Origin: an uncultured delta proteobacterium
GTDB taxonomy: Bacteria > Myxococcota > Myxococcia > Myxococcales > Anaeromyxobacteraceae
Direction: 5' to 3'
Assembly (NCBI GenBank): GCA_963814585.1
Contig: CAWFDF010000003.1
Coordinates: 224,001 to 288,000, forward strand
DNA: 64,000 bases
Of the stretch, positions 20,437 through 30,739 are shown one piece after another. Each line of letters starts with the position of its first letter. The stretch's first letter is position 1. Below the pieces are notes generated by a model. It made no database searches. It had not been told where the DNA came from and was given only the letters and a program-made list of their open reading frames with translations. The translations under genes were made by a program, and so were the position numbers.

Positions 20437-21756
20437 TCAGGCCGCGGACGGCGCGCTGCCGCGCTTCTGGTCGATCATCTGGAAGTAGCTCTCGAGCCGG
20501 TTCTTCACGTTGGCCGCCGAGAAGTAGCGCGGGTCGACCAGGTCGGTCTCGATGAAGGCGGCCGGCTTCCCGGTGCGCTTCTCGACCTCGCGCATGATCA
20601 TGAGCTGGCCGGCCGAGAAGCTGTTGCAGCTCTTGATGGAGTTGATGAGGAGCCCGTCGGCCTGGTACTCGTCCATGTACTTCTCGAGCAGGTCGATGCG
20701 CTGCGGCAGGTTGCGGTTGGTGTAGACCCCCATGCAGTAGTCGGCCAGCGACTCGAGGGGATGATCCGGATCGTGGCGGAAGCCGAGGTCGTAGGTGCCG
20801 CCGACCTTGGTGTAGCTCGAAGCCACCACCACCGCGCCGTCGTCGTAGAACATCTTCCAGAACTCGCGGAAGCTGGTCCAGTTGGGCGGCCCCTCCACCA
20901 CCAGCCGGTAGCGCTGGCTCTTCATGTCGCCCTCCGGCGTGATGGGCCCCAGCCCCAGCCGGATCCGCTCCTCGATCTCCGCGCGCAGGAGCCGGTAGTA
21001 CTCGGTGGCGTCGGGGGTGCCACGGAAGGCCGTGAAGATGGGGCCGATGTAGTAGACGCCGCCGAAGTAGGCGTCGATGGGCGCCGGCGTGGTCTTGGCG
21101 CTCTCCAGGACCCAGACCAGGTCGTCCTCGGCGCGCGCCGACTCCCGCAGGTACTCGCGGAGCCGGTCGATGTCGAACTTCACGCCGGAGACCCGCTCCA
21201 GGGCCGGGATGACCTCCTGGCGGAGCTGCTTGACGATGTAGTCCCGCATGTTCCTCGTCGTCTCGCCGTCCCCCTGGTAGGGAACGTGGAGCATGACGGT
21301 CGGGCACTTGTACTCCTCGCGGAGGAGCTCGAACCACTTCATGAAGGTGAAGCAGCCGGTGTAGGAGAGCAGCAGCAGGTCGGGGCGCGGCAGCGGCTTC
21401 CCGTTGGGCGAGACGTTGCCCCTGGCGATCATCCCCAGGTCGGCCTTCACGTAGGTGCAGACGTCCTCGGAGTGGCCGCGCTTCTCCGCCTCGGCGATGT
21501 AGTCGCCGGACACCTTTCGCATCCCGTTCTGGATGGCGTTGATCTCCGGGAGGTTGTTGAGCATGTCGAAGCACATGATCAGCTCGTTGAGGTTGCCCGG
21601 GACGAAGGTCGAGGCCACCTTGCGGCCGTGCTCGGCGGTGCTGGTGAGGAGATCGTAGTTCCGCGCGATCATCTCCTTCTGCTTCACCATCGACGCCTCC
21701 TTCACGACCTCCCGGGCCGGCGCCTGCGGGCGGTGCGACGAGGTCCTGGTCGTCAT
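20437..21756 (-). CDS. bcrB: Benzoyl-CoA reductase subunit B
   Basis: [55 protein letters not shown]. Confidence 0.93.
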   Translation of the reverse strand: MTTRTSSHRPQAPAREVVKEASMVKQKEMIARNYDLLTSTAEHGRKVASTFVPGNLNELIMCFDMLNNLPEINAIQNGMRKVSGDYIAEAEKRGHSEDVCTYVKADLGMIARGNVSPNGKPLPRPDLLLLSYTGCFTFMKWFELLREEYKCPTVMLHVPYQGDGETTRNMRDYIVKQLRQEVIPALERVSGVKFDIDRLREYLRESARAEDDLVWVLESAKTTPAPIDAYFGGVYYIGPIFTAFRGTPDATEYYRLLRAEIEERIRLGLGPITPEGDMKSQRYRLVVEGPPNWTSFREFWKMFYDDGAVVVASSYTKVGGTYDLGFRHDPDHPLESLADYCMGVYTNRNLPQRIDLLEKYMDEYQADGLLINSIKSCNSFSAGQLMIMREVEKRTGKPAAFIETDLVDPRYFSAANVKNRLESYFQMIDQKRGSAPSAA

Positions 21757-22955
21757 GGCGTGCTCCAGAGCTTGATCGAGTCGGCGAAGGTGCCGGCCTG
21801 CTCCCGCACCGGCTGCATCTGCGCGGAGTTCTCGGCGTACTTGAAGCCGATGTGCGGGACGTCGACGCGGTCGAGGACCGCCTCGAGCATGGGCCGCTCG
21901 AGGAGCGCCGGGTCGCAGAAGCTCGGGGCGGCGAAGATGACCCCCTCGGCGGCGTTCCCCTTCACCGCGTCGAGGATGTAGCGCCCCTTGAGCTCCTGGC
22001 GCGGCTGGTACTTGGCCCCGGTCTCGGTCGAGCCGCTGAGGAACGCCGTCGCCAGGGCGGCGATGGGGTCGCCGCTGGTGGGGAGGTCCTCGAGCAGCCA
22101 GCGGTTCACCAGCATGAAGTCGTCGTCGACGATGTAGCAGCCCGACATCTCGATGGCCTTGATGAGGCTGAGCGGCGGCTGCTCGCAAAAGACGCCGCTC
22201 AGGACGATCCGGCAGTTGTCGCGGCGCGGGCGATCCTCGGCCCGGGCGGCGGCCAGGTAGTCGGCCAGCAGCTGGTTGTGCTCCTCGACGGGGAGCACCA
22301 TCCCGGCCCGCAGCACCAGGTACAGCTCGGAGGCCGGCGCCCGCCAGGGCGCCTCGGCGCGGAAGGCGTAGAGCTCGCGGACCAGCCGCCGGTTCTGGTT
22401 GTAGAGGGCGAACGAGGCCCGCAGCGCGTCGTCGCTGACGGGCCGGCCGGCCAGCCGGGCCAGGCCCTCGCGGAGCTCCTGGAGCTCCTGGCGGTAGAAG
22501 GTCCCGCCCACCTCCGGGTCGAAGTTCTGGGGGACGTCGAAGTACCGGACGTAGACCTTGGGGAAGAGGATCTTCCAGATGCCGGAGAGGTTGCGGATGA
22601 CGTCGCAGATGGAGGGGAAGAGGAACCCGTCGACGAAGTCGAGCCGGCCGGTGATCCCGAGGTCGAGGGTCGAGCGCGGGATGCGGCAGATGTAGCTCTG
22701 GTAGTAGGCGTCGCCGTGGATGACCTCGAGGTTCTCGCCGGCCCCCAGGATCCCCAGCGGGAGCATCCCGGCCGCGTGGATCAGCTCCAGGGGCACGTAG
22801 ATGGGCATGTAGGCGACGACCTTCCGTCCCGGGGCGGCGGCCTTCCACTGGCGCGCCGCGCCGAAGGAGATGTCGTCGAAGAGGGCCTGGCACCGCGCCA
22901 CCAGGGCCGCGGTCGTGGTGGTCGCCGGGGCGGCGCCGGTCGTGGTGGTCGCCAT
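21753..22955 (-). CDS. bcrC: Benzoyl-CoA reductase subunit C
   Basis: [52 protein letters not shown]. Confidence 0.93.
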   Translation of the reverse strand: MATTTTGAAPATTTTAALVARCQALFDDISFGAARQWKAAAPGRKVVAYMPIYVPLELIHAAGMLPLGILGAGENLEVIHGDAYYQSYICRIPRSTLDLGITGRLDFVDGFLFPSICDVIRNLSGIWKILFPKVYVRYFDVPQNFDPEVGGTFYRQELQELREGLARLAGRPVSDDALRASFALYNQNRRLVRELYAFRAEAPWRAPASELYLVLRAGMVLPVEEHNQLLADYLAAARAEDRPRRDNCRIVLSGVFCEQPPLSLIKAIEMSGCYIVDDDFMLVNRWLLEDLPTSGDPIAALATAFLSGSTETGAKYQPRQELKGRYILDAVKGNAAEGVIFAAPSFCDPALLERPMLEAVLDRVDVPHIGFKYAENSAQMQPVREQAGTFADSIKLWSTP

Positions 22956-22957
22956 GT

Positions 22958-23782
22958 TCAGCGGTCCTCCCAGCGGGCCGGGCGCTTCTCGAGGAAGGCG
23001 GTGAGCCCCTCCACCGGGTCGGCTCGCCTCATGAGCTCGTCGAGGTAGATGGTCTCCAGGGCCGCCAGCTTGGCGCGGACCCGCTCGACGAGCCCCATCC
23101 GGGAGGCGCGGGCGGCGAAGCCGAGCGAGACGGCGGAGCGGCCGGCCAGGTGGGCGTCGAACCAGGCGAGCGCGGCGGCCTCCGGGTCGGCGGCCACCGC
23201 GCAGGCCAGGCCGAGGCGGTGCGCCTCGGCCCCGTCGATGGCGCGGCCGGAGAGGAGGAGGTCGTCGGCCGCGGCCGGGCCGATCCGCTCGGGGAGCAGG
23301 CAGGAGGCCGCCGGGGCGAAGACCCCGAGGACGATCTCGGGCTGGCCCAGCTTCGCCTCCGGGGCGGTGAAGAGGAGGTGTGCGGCGCTGGCCAGCTCCA
23401 GCCCGCCGCCGAGGCACTGGCCCCTCACCGCCACCAGGATGGGGACCGGGAGCTCGAGCATGCGGAGGAGGAGCGCGTGGAAGCCACGCAGCATGGCCGC
23501 GCAGGTCGCCGGGAGGTGCTCCTCGACGCTGGCGCCGAAGCTGAAGTGCGGGCCCTCGGCGTCGAGGAGGATGGCCCGCAGTGCGGGCTGGCCGTCGGCC
23601 CGCAGTGCGGGCTGGCCGTCTCCCCGCCGTGCTGGCGCCTCCGCGGCGGCGCCGGCGAAGGCGGCGTCGAGGGCCGCCACCATGGCCGCGTCGAGGACGT
23701 TGGCCTTGGGCCGGTCGAGCCGGATCCGGAGGAGCCGGCCCTCGCGCTCGCGCCAGGCGCGCACCGGAGCGGCGGCGCCCAT
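22958..23782 (-). CDS. dch: Cyclohexa-1,5-diene-1-carbonyl-CoA hydratase
   Basis: RPKANVLD, GPHFSFGASVEEH, GQCLGGGLEL, GQPEIVLGVFAP; lies between oah and bcrC. Confidence 0.9.
   Translation of the reverse strand: MGAAAPVRAWREREGRLLRIRLDRPKANVLDAAMVAALDAAFAGAAAEAPARRGDGQPALRADGQPALRAILLDAEGPHFSFGASVEEHLPATCAAMLRGFHALLLRMLELPVPILVAVRGQCLGGGLELASAAHLLFTAPEAKLGQPEIVLGVFAPAASCLLPERIGPAAADDLLLSGRAIDGAEAHRLGLACAVAADPEAAALAWFDAHLAGRSAVSLGFAARASRMGLVERVRAKLAALETIYLDELMRRADPVEGLTAFLEKRPARWEDR
23573..23620. repeat. Perfect 2 x 24-bp tandem duplication inside dch
   Basis: ggcccgcagtgcgggctggccgtc at 23573-23596 and 23597-23620; encodes DGQPALRA twice. Confidence 0.95.
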
Positions 23783-24927
23783 CACCGCCCTCCGCCCGAC
23801 CTGGCGGCGGGGAGCAGGCTCTCGACCAGCTCGGGGCTCCAGGGCGTGGCGCGGGCCAGGGCCTGCCGGAGGGCCACGAAGTCGGCCTCGCGGTCGTCCT
23901 TGGTCCCCTCGTTGAAGGCCCGGAAGCCGGTGCGCGCCTCGGTCATCATGTTGAGGGCCAGCCAGGCACGCGAGTTCTCCTTGTTGGCGGTCCAGGCCTG
24001 CAGCTTCGGCTTGCGCAGCTCCTCGATGGTCTTGGTGGTGCAGTCGGGGAAGGTGAGGAGCAGCTTGGCGCAGAGCTGCTCGACCCGCTCGTCGAGCATG
24101 GCCAGGTCCACGGTGCCGCGCTTCATGAGCTCCTTGCCCTCGGCCAGGGCCGTTCCGGTCTTGGGCTCCCCGTGGAGGTAGCGGCCGTACTCGTCGAGGA
24201 GGCGATCGGTCCAGACCAGCGGGTTGGCGACGTACTTCCCGTCGACCCGGAGGGCCGGGACCACGTCGCTGATCATCCCTTCCCGGTAGGCGCGGTGGGC
24301 CGACCACGGCTCGCAGAGCAGGCCGGTCTCCATGGCCCGCTCGCCGCCCAGCAGGACCGGGAGGAAGTCGGTGGCCCCGCCGATGGGCGCCGACCCGTGC
24401 TTCGGCCCGGCCTGCCCGAAGCGGGCCAGGTCCTGGGCGACGGAGAAGTCGCAGGCCATCCCGATCTCCTGCCCGCCGCCGATGCGCATGCCGTTGACGC
24501 GGCAGATCACCGGCTTGTCGCAGCCGAGGATGGCGCTCACCATGTCGTTGAAGAGCCGCATGTACTGCCGGTACTCCTGGGGATTCCCGGCGTAGTACTC
24601 GGCGTACTCCTTGGTGTTGCCGCCGGTGCAGAAGGCCTTGTCCCCGGCGCCGGTGAACACCACCGACACCACGTCACGCGCGCTGGAGGCCGCGCCGAAG
24701 GCCAGGATGACCGCCTTCACCATGTCGGTGGTGTAGGAGTTGTACTGGGCCTGGTTGTCGAGGACGATCCAGGCGTTGAAGAGCCCCGCCACCTCGGTCC
24801 CGTCGGGGCGGCGCGCCGGGCGCTTCTCGAAGCGCACGCCCACGCCGGCCGGCATGGGCGCCAGCTGGTGATCCCTGGCCTGGCTGGGCGCCGTCGATCG
24901 AATCACCTCTTCCGTCCTCTTCGACAT
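23782..24927 (-). CDS. oah: 6-oxocyclohex-1-ene-1-carbonyl-CoA hydrolase (Oah/BamA)
   Basis: QYNSYTT, AFCTGGNTKEYAEYY, GMRIGGGQEIGMACD, GPKHGSAP, NSRAWLALNM. Confidence 0.95.
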   Translation of the reverse strand: MSKRTEEVIRSTAPSQARDHQLAPMPAGVGVRFEKRPARRPDGTEVAGLFNAWIVLDNQAQYNSYTTDMVKAVILAFGAASSARDVVSVVFTGAGDKAFCTGGNTKEYAEYYAGNPQEYRQYMRLFNDMVSAILGCDKPVICRVNGMRIGGGQEIGMACDFSVAQDLARFGQAGPKHGSAPIGGATDFLPVLLGGERAMETGLLCEPWSAHRAYREGMISDVVPALRVDGKYVANPLVWTDRLLDEYGRYLHGEPKTGTALAEGKELMKRGTVDLAMLDERVEQLCAKLLLTFPDCTTKTIEELRKPKLQAWTANKENSRAWLALNMMTEARTGFRAFNEGTKDDREADFVALRQALARATPWSPELVESLLPAARSGGGR

Positions 24928-24944
24928 GTCGGGTCTCCGCGGGT

Positions 24945-26003
24945 TCAGGGGATGAGGATGGCGCGGCGGGAGAGCTTCTTCTGGTGGGCCAGGCCGAAGA
25001 CCGCGTTGGCCTCGGCCAGGGGATGGCGCTCGACGTACGGGGCGAGCTGGACCTTCCCGTCGAGGACCAGGTCGAGGGCGGCCGGGTAGAGCTCCGGCGC
25101 GCAGCCCCAGTTCCCCAGCGCCCGGGCGTGGAAGGCCATCAGGTTGGAGAGCCGCAGCTCGACCTTGTCCATGGTGAAGCCGACCACCGCCAGGGTGGCC
25201 CCGTGGACCAGCAGGCCCCAGGCCGTGAGCTGCCCGGCGGCGGTCCCGGAGCACTCGAAGATGGCCCACTCCCGCGCCGAGGCCCCGCTCTTCCTGGCGT
25301 GCTCCCCGATCTCCTTCTTGAGCGCTTTGGGATCGAGCAGCCTCGGGTTGAACCCGCGGGCCACCCCCCGGGACTCGAGCTGGTCGAGCCTGGCCTGGTC
25401 GACGTCGAGGGCCACCACCGTGGCCCCGAAGGCCCTGGCGATCTGCGCCGCGTAGGAGCCGACCCCGCCCACGCCGATGACGACGGCCAGGGTGCCGGCG
25501 GCGACGCCCGCCTGGACCACCGCCTGGTACGGGGTGGTCACCGCGTCGGCGACCACCGAGACGTCGGCCAGGGTCAGCCCGGCCCCGGCCAGCCGGGTCT
25601 CGTCGACGGCGCAGAGGCCGCGGGCGGGAACGGCGACGTGGGTGGCGAAGCCGCCGTGGATGTCGTTCCCGGGCATCTGCTGGGCGGGGCAGATGGTCCC
25701 CTTGCCACGCCGGCAGGCGTCGCACTGGCCGCACGGGATGACCGCCGGGACGATGACGGCGCGCCCCAGCCACGGCTCGGCGCCGGGCCCGGCGGCCGCC
25801 ACCCGGCCGCTGATCTCGTGGCCGAGCGCCAGCGGCAGCGCGTGGTTGGTCCTGACCCCGTCGTAGTAGAATCCGAGGTCGGTATGGCAGACCCCGCAGC
25901 CGGCGACCTCGACCCAGACGCCACCAGCCGGCGGCGCCTCCAGCGCCATCGGCTCCATGGCCAGCGGCTCGCCCGCCGCCCTCATCACCCAGCGATGCGC
26001 CAT
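24945..26003 (-). CDS. had: 6-hydroxycyclohex-1-ene-1-carbonyl-CoA dehydrogenase (Zn-ADH family)
   Basis: [51 protein letters not shown]. Confidence 0.93.
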   Translation of the reverse strand: MAHRWVMRAAGEPLAMEPMALEAPPAGGVWVEVAGCGVCHTDLGFYYDGVRTNHALPLALGHEISGRVAAAGPGAEPWLGRAVIVPAVIPCGQCDACRRGKGTICPAQQMPGNDIHGGFATHVAVPARGLCAVDETRLAGAGLTLADVSVVADAVTTPYQAVVQAGVAAGTLAVVIGVGGVGSYAAQIARAFGATVVALDVDQARLDQLESRGVARGFNPRLLDPKALKKEIGEHARKSGASAREWAIFECSGTAAGQLTAWGLLVHGATLAVVGFTMDKVELRLSNLMAFHARALGNWGCAPELYPAALDLVLDGKVQLAPYVERHPLAEANAVFGLAHQKKLSRRAILIP

Positions 26004-26069
26004 GGCCTCGGCCTCCCCTGGTGAACCGCTCCCGGCAGCCCCCCGGTCAGGCCGGGACCCGGTCGCCGA

Positions 26070-26110
26070 TTGACTGGATCGATCTCAAAGTGGTAAACTA
26101 GTACCAGAAT
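26070..26110. promoter_or_regulatory. AT-rich divergent control region between had and gcdH: GTACCAGAAT core, TGGTA-N6-TACCA and TTGA-N11-TCAA inverted repeats
   Basis: ttgactggatcgatctcaaagtggtaaactagtaccagaat; the last 10 bp are identical to the core of the elements at 7700 and 35029. Confidence 0.6.
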
Positions 26111-26181
26111 CCAACGTTCGCCGTCAACGGTCGTCGTCCACCTGGTCCCGGGTCCCCCGGAACCACCCCGAGGAGGCCCGA

Positions 26182-27366
26182 GTGAGTGCCAGCGATCCCG
26201 TGTTCCGCTGGGAGGACGCGCTGCGGCTCGAGGACGAGCTCACCACCGAGGAGCGGCTGGTGCGCGACAGCGCCCGGGACTACTGCCGCGACCGGCTCAT
26301 GCCGCGGGTGCTCGAGGCCAACCGGCAGGAGCGCTTCGATCGCGAGATCCTCCGCGAGCTCGGCGAGCTCGGCATGCTCGGGCCGACCATCGAGGGGTAC
26401 GGCTGCGCCGGGGCCTCCCACGTGGCCTATGGCCTGGTGGCCCGGGAGGTGGAGCGGGTCGACTCCGGCTACCGCTCCGCCATGAGCGTCCAGTCCAGCC
26501 TGGTCATGCACCCCATCCACGCCTACGGCACCGAGGCGCAGCGGCAGAGGTACCTGCCGCCGCTGGCCCGCGGCGAGCTGGTCGGCTGCTTCGGCCTCAC
26601 CGAGCCCGACGCCGGGTCGGACCCGGGGAGCATGCGGAGCCGGGCCCGGAAGGTCGGCGACGGCTGGGTGCTCACCGGCACCAAGATGTGGATCACCAAC
26701 TCGCCCATCGCCGACGTCTTCATCGTCTGGGCCAAGGACGACGAGGGGGTGGTCCGCGGCTTCATCCTCGAGAAGGGGATGAAGGGGCTCTCGGCGCCCA
26801 CCATCGAGGGCAAGTTCAGCCTGCGAGCCTCGGTCACCGGCGAGATCGTCATGGACGAGGTGGCGGTCCCGGAGGCCCAGCGGCTCCCTGGCGCCTCCGG
26901 CCTGAAGGGGCCGTTCGGCTGCCTCAACAAGGCCCGCTACGGCATCGCCTGGGGTGCCCTGGGCGCCGCCGAGTTCTGCTGGCACGCCGCCCGGGCCTAC
27001 ACCCTGGACCGCAAGCAGTTCGGGCGGCCGCTGGCCGCCACCCAGCTGGTCCAGCTCAAGCTGGCCGACATGCAGACCGAGATCACCCTGGGGCTGCAGG
27101 CCTGCCTCCGCGTCGGGCGGCTCATGGACCGCCACGAGGCGACGCCGGAGATGGTCTCGCTCATCAAGCGCAACAGCGCCGGCAAGGCCCTGGCCATCGC
27201 CCGCCTCGCCCGGGACATGCACGGCGGCAACGGCATCTCCGACGAGTTCCACGTCATCCGCCACCTCATGAACCTGGAGTCGGTGAACACCTACGAGGGC
27301 ACCCACGACATCCACGCCCTCGTCCTGGGCCGGGCCCAGACCGGCATCCAGGCCTTCTCGACCTGA
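26182..27366 (+). CDS. gcdH: Glutaryl-CoA dehydrogenase (decarboxylating type)
   Basis: [46 protein letters not shown]. Confidence 0.93.
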   Translation: MSASDPVFRWEDALRLEDELTTEERLVRDSARDYCRDRLMPRVLEANRQERFDREILRELGELGMLGPTIEGYGCAGASHVAYGLVAREVERVDSGYRSAMSVQSSLVMHPIHAYGTEAQRQRYLPPLARGELVGCFGLTEPDAGSDPGSMRSRARKVGDGWVLTGTKMWITNSPIADVFIVWAKDDEGVVRGFILEKGMKGLSAPTIEGKFSLRASVTGEIVMDEVAVPEAQRLPGASGLKGPFGCLNKARYGIAWGALGAAEFCWHAARAYTLDRKQFGRPLAATQLVQLKLADMQTEITLGLQACLRVGRLMDRHEATPEMVSLIKRNSAGKALAIARLARDMHGGNGISDEFHVIRHLMNLESVNTYEGTHDIHALVLGRAQTGIQAFST

Positions 27367-27412
27367 GTCATCGAGGCGGGGGCCAGGGGCCCCTGCCAGC
27401 GGGAGCGTCCAC

Positions 27413-28600
27413 ATGGCCGAAGCCTGGATCGTCGACGCCGTCCGCACGCCCATGGGGCGCTACGGCGGGGCGCTGGCCGGCGTCCGCCCCGACGACCTCG
27501 GCGCCGTGGTGCTCCGCGCCCTCCTCGCGAGGACCGGCGTCCCCGCGGCGGACGTCGAGGACGTCTACCTCGGCTGCGCCAACCAGGCCGGCGAGGACTG
27601 CCGCAACGTGGCCCGGATGAGCTCGCTCCTGGCCGGCTACCCCATCGAGTCCGGCGCCTGCACCGTGAACCGGCTCTGCGGGTCCGGGCTCGAGGCGGTC
27701 GCCGCCGCGGCGCGCGCCGTCATGGCCGGCGAGGCCCACGTCTACGTCGGGGGGGGCGTCGAGTCGATGTCGCGCGCGCCCTGGGCCATGGCCAAGCCCG
27801 ACCGGGCGCTCCCCCGCGGCAACGCCACGGCCCACGACACCGCGCTCGGCTGGCGCTTCACCAACCCGGCCCTCGAGGCGCTCGGCCACACCGACTCGCT
27901 GGGCCAGACGGCCGAGAACCTGGCGGCCGAGCTCGGCATCTCCCGGCAGGCCCAGGACGCCTACGCCCTCCGCAGCCACCAGAAGGCGGTGGCGGCGCAG
28001 GACGCCGGCCACTTCGCCGCCGAGCTGGTCGGCGTGAAGGTGGAGGGTGGCGAGGTGACCGCCGACGAGGGGCCGCGGCGCGACACCACGCTGGAGCGGC
28101 TGGCCCGGCTCTCCGCCGCCTTCAGGAAGGGCGGCACCGTGACCGCCGGCAACTCCAGCACCCTCAACGACGGCGCCGCCGCCGTGCTGGTGGTCTCGGC
28201 GGACTACGCCCGGGCCCACGGCCTCGAGCCGCTGGCGCGCATCCGCTCGATCGCCGTGGCCGGCGTCCCGCCTCGGACCATGGGGATCGGCCCGGTCCCG
28301 GCCACCAGGAAGGCGCTGGCGCGCGCCGGGCGAACCCTGGCGGAGCTCCACCGCATCGAGCTCAACGAGGCCTTCGCGGCGCAGTCGCTGGCCGTCCTGG
28401 CCGGCTGGGAGCTCGAGGCCGACGACCCGCGGGTCAACGCCAGCGGCGGGGCCATCGCGCTCGGCCACCCCCTCGGCTGCTCGGGGGCCCGGCTGCTGGC
28501 GACGCTGGTCCACGGCCTGGTGCGGACCGGCCAGGCGCTCGGCCTGGCGACGATGTGCATCGGCGTCGGGCAGGGCATCGCCATGGTGGTGGAGCGGTAG
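27413..28600 (+). CDS. Acetyl-CoA C-acyltransferase (PcaF/PaaJ-like thiolase)
   Basis: CANQAGED, NRLCGSG, NEAFA, GHPLGCSG, MCIGVGQG. Confidence 0.9.
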   Translation: MAEAWIVDAVRTPMGRYGGALAGVRPDDLGAVVLRALLARTGVPAADVEDVYLGCANQAGEDCRNVARMSSLLAGYPIESGACTVNRLCGSGLEAVAAAARAVMAGEAHVYVGGGVESMSRAPWAMAKPDRALPRGNATAHDTALGWRFTNPALEALGHTDSLGQTAENLAAELGISRQAQDAYALRSHQKAVAAQDAGHFAAELVGVKVEGGEVTADEGPRRDTTLERLARLSAAFRKGGTVTAGNSSTLNDGAAAVLVVSADYARAHGLEPLARIRSIAVAGVPPRTMGIGPVPATRKALARAGRTLAELHRIELNEAFAAQSLAVLAGWELEADDPRVNASGGAIALGHPLGCSGARLLATLVHGLVRTGQALGLATMCIGVGQGIAMVVER

Positions 28601-28656
28601 CGGTCGCCGCTCCGGGGCCGCGGCGCGGCCGGTGCCCGGCCGGCAAGGTCTCGGGA

Positions 28657-29016
28657 CTAGTTGGGGGTCCAGACGCCGGCCGGCGGCTCGAGGCAGAAGG
28701 CCTCGGCGTCGGCGGCGACAATCGGAGCGTAGAAGCTGTAGACCTGCTCGGGGTTGGTGCCGGGCATCCTGCACCGCCCGACCCGGTTGGCGGTCGGGCA
28801 ACCCGATCCCGCGGTGCCGCCGGCCGTGGCGCACTCCGCGTTGAACGCCGAGGTGTCGGCCGCGGTCGGGGTCCCGGTGGCGGCGAGGCAGTACGCCTCG
28901 GCCGGGACGTTGCAGCTGAGGGTGACGGTGGCCGGGGCGGGGGGGTCGTCGCTGCCACCGCAGGCCGCGGCCAGGATGGCGAGCAAGCCAGCGGCGGCGA
29001 GGTTCTTGGCGTTCAT
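28657..29016 (-). CDS. Small cysteine-rich lipoprotein
   Basis: MNAKNLAAAGLLAILAAACGG lipobox, then six further Cys in about 100 aa. Confidence 0.7.
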   Translation of the reverse strand: MNAKNLAAAGLLAILAAACGGSDDPPAPATVTLSCNVPAEAYCLAATGTPTAADTSAFNAECATAGGTAGSGCPTANRVGRCRMPGTNPEQVYSFYAPIVAADAEAFCLEPPAGVWTPN

Positions 29017-29197
29017 GGGGATTGGACCTTTCGGGGTGGAGAGGAGCGCCTCGATCTGCTGACCTGCGCCAGCGCCCGGTGTGACATCCCCGGGGCCGAA
29101 AGAGCGCTCGCCCGCCACGCCGTGGGTCCCGCCGCAGCGACTCCTTCCGGCCAGGGAAGCATGCGAAGCTGCAGGCTGGAGCCTGACGGGGGGACCC

Positions 29198-30592
29198 ATG
29201 CCCAGCCTCGCCGAGACCCTTCGCGCCGCCGGGATGGCGGCCACCGACGCCGGGCGCCCCGAGGCGCTGCGGCCCGCGCTGGGCCGTGATCTGCAGGCCG
29301 ACTGGGCGGTGGCCGGTCCGCACCTCCAGGCCTGCGTCGACCTGCTGCGTCAGCTGCCGGCCAGGCCCCGTCGCAGCCCGCCCGAGCAGGCGGCCGCCGC
29401 GGCGCTGCTGGAGGAGGGCCGCTCGGCCCGCGAGGCCCTGCTGCGGCGCCACGCCCCCGCCATCTACGCCCGGCTCACCGCCGGTCGAACCCGCCTGGTG
29501 CGCATGGTGGAGCTGGCCGAGGCGGCGGCCGCCGCCTTCCCGGGCCTGGTGCCGGACGCCGGGCAGGTGGCGTCCGAGCAGCACCACCCGCTGCCGGAGC
29601 AGGACGGCCTGCAAGTCGACCAGGGGATCTTCTTCGCGCACGTGCTCGCCAATCCGGCCTCGGGCCTGCACCTGCTCCAGGCCATGGGACAGGCCACCCC
29701 GGCGGCGCTGGAGCGGCTCCCCGCGCTGCGGGCCGCGGGACGGGTCGAGCTGCCCCAGGCCACGCTGGAGCGGGTCGGGGTGCGGGGGCACATCACCTTC
29801 CACAACCAGCCCTGGCTCAACGCCGAGGACGACGAGACCGAGGAGGCGCTGGAGACGCTGGTGGACCTGGTGCTGCTCGACGACGCCATCCAGGTGGGGG
29901 TGATGCGCGGCGCGCCCATGACCAAGGCGAAGTACGCCGGGCGCCGCGTCTTCGGCGCCGGCATCAACCTGACCCGGCTCTATCACGGCCAGATCTCGCT
30001 GGTGCGCTTCATGCTCCAGCGGGAGGCCGGCCCCCTCGCCAAGGTCTACCGCGGCCTGGCCCGCCCCGAGCCGGATCGGGCCGGCGACGACGATCGCACC
30101 GAGAAGCCCTTCATCGGAGCGGTCGACGCCTTCGCCATCGGCGGCCACTGCCAGCTGCTGCTGGTGCTGGACCGGGTCATCGCCCAGCGCGACGCCTACT
30201 TCAACCTGCCGGCCCGCAAGGAGGGCATCGTCCCCGGCCTGGCCAACCTCCGCCTGCCACGCTTCGTGGGCGAGCGGGCGGCGCGCCAGGGCATCTTCTT
30301 CGACCGCCCCTTCCAGGCCGACAGCCCGGAGGGCCGGCTGCTCTGCGACCAGGTGGTGGACGGGGACGCCGAGATGGAGGCGGCCGTCGCCACCGCCGCC
30401 GCCAATCTGCTCGGCGCCGGCACGACCAGCCTCACCGCCAACCGGCGCGCCCTCCGGGTCGGGGCCGAGCCGCTCGACCTCTTCCGCCGCTACCTGGCCA
30501 CCTACGCCCGCCAGCAGGCCCACTGCGTCTACAGCCCGGCCCTCATCGACAACCTGGTGCGCCACTGGAACGCCCAGCAGCGCGCCACCTGA
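29198..30592 (+). CDS. dpgC: DpgC-like crotonase-fold protein ((di)hydroxyphenylacetyl-CoA 1,2-dioxygenase family)
   Basis: Long helical N-terminal extension with DGLQVDQGIF; motifs LNAED, RRVFGAGINL, EKPFIGAVDAFAIGG, LPARKEGIVPG.ANLRL and ANRRAL match DpgC as I recall it. Confidence 0.8.
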   Translation: MPSLAETLRAAGMAATDAGRPEALRPALGRDLQADWAVAGPHLQACVDLLRQLPARPRRSPPEQAAAAALLEEGRSAREALLRRHAPAIYARLTAGRTRLVRMVELAEAAAAAFPGLVPDAGQVASEQHHPLPEQDGLQVDQGIFFAHVLANPASGLHLLQAMGQATPAALERLPALRAAGRVELPQATLERVGVRGHITFHNQPWLNAEDDETEEALETLVDLVLLDDAIQVGVMRGAPMTKAKYAGRRVFGAGINLTRLYHGQISLVRFMLQREAGPLAKVYRGLARPEPDRAGDDDRTEKPFIGAVDAFAIGGHCQLLLVLDRVIAQRDAYFNLPARKEGIVPGLANLRLPRFVGERAARQGIFFDRPFQADSPEGRLLCDQVVDGDAEMEAAVATAAANLLGAGTTSLTANRRALRVGAEPLDLFRRYLATYARQQAHCVYSPALIDNLVRHWNAQQRAT

Positions 30593-30739
30593 TGGCGCCC
30601 CCGGCCGGGTCGAGGTGGCCGGGCCGGCCGGCGCCCACCCCGGCACCCCGCGCTCCAGCGTGGCACGGCCGACCAGCGGCCTCCGGTCCAGCCTCCGGTC
30701 GCTCGTCACGGCCCGCGGCGCCGGACGGGCCGAGGCGCC

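Noticed and set aside
16549..25773. ORF-track entries that appear to extend or fuse the SDR, bcrD, bcrA, bcrB, bcrC, dch and oah
   Set aside because: The N-terminal extensions are off-frame readings of the upstream gene. True starts were set at the motif-bearing Met.
26070..26088. Possible FNR/AadR box upstream of the bcr operon
   Set aside because: The spacing is TTGA-N11-TCAA, not TTGAT-N4-ATCAA.
29198..30592. Glycopeptide/dihydroxyphenylglycine biosynthetic cluster
   Set aside because: No dpgA type III PKS, dpgB/D, aminotransferase or NRPS genes in the window.
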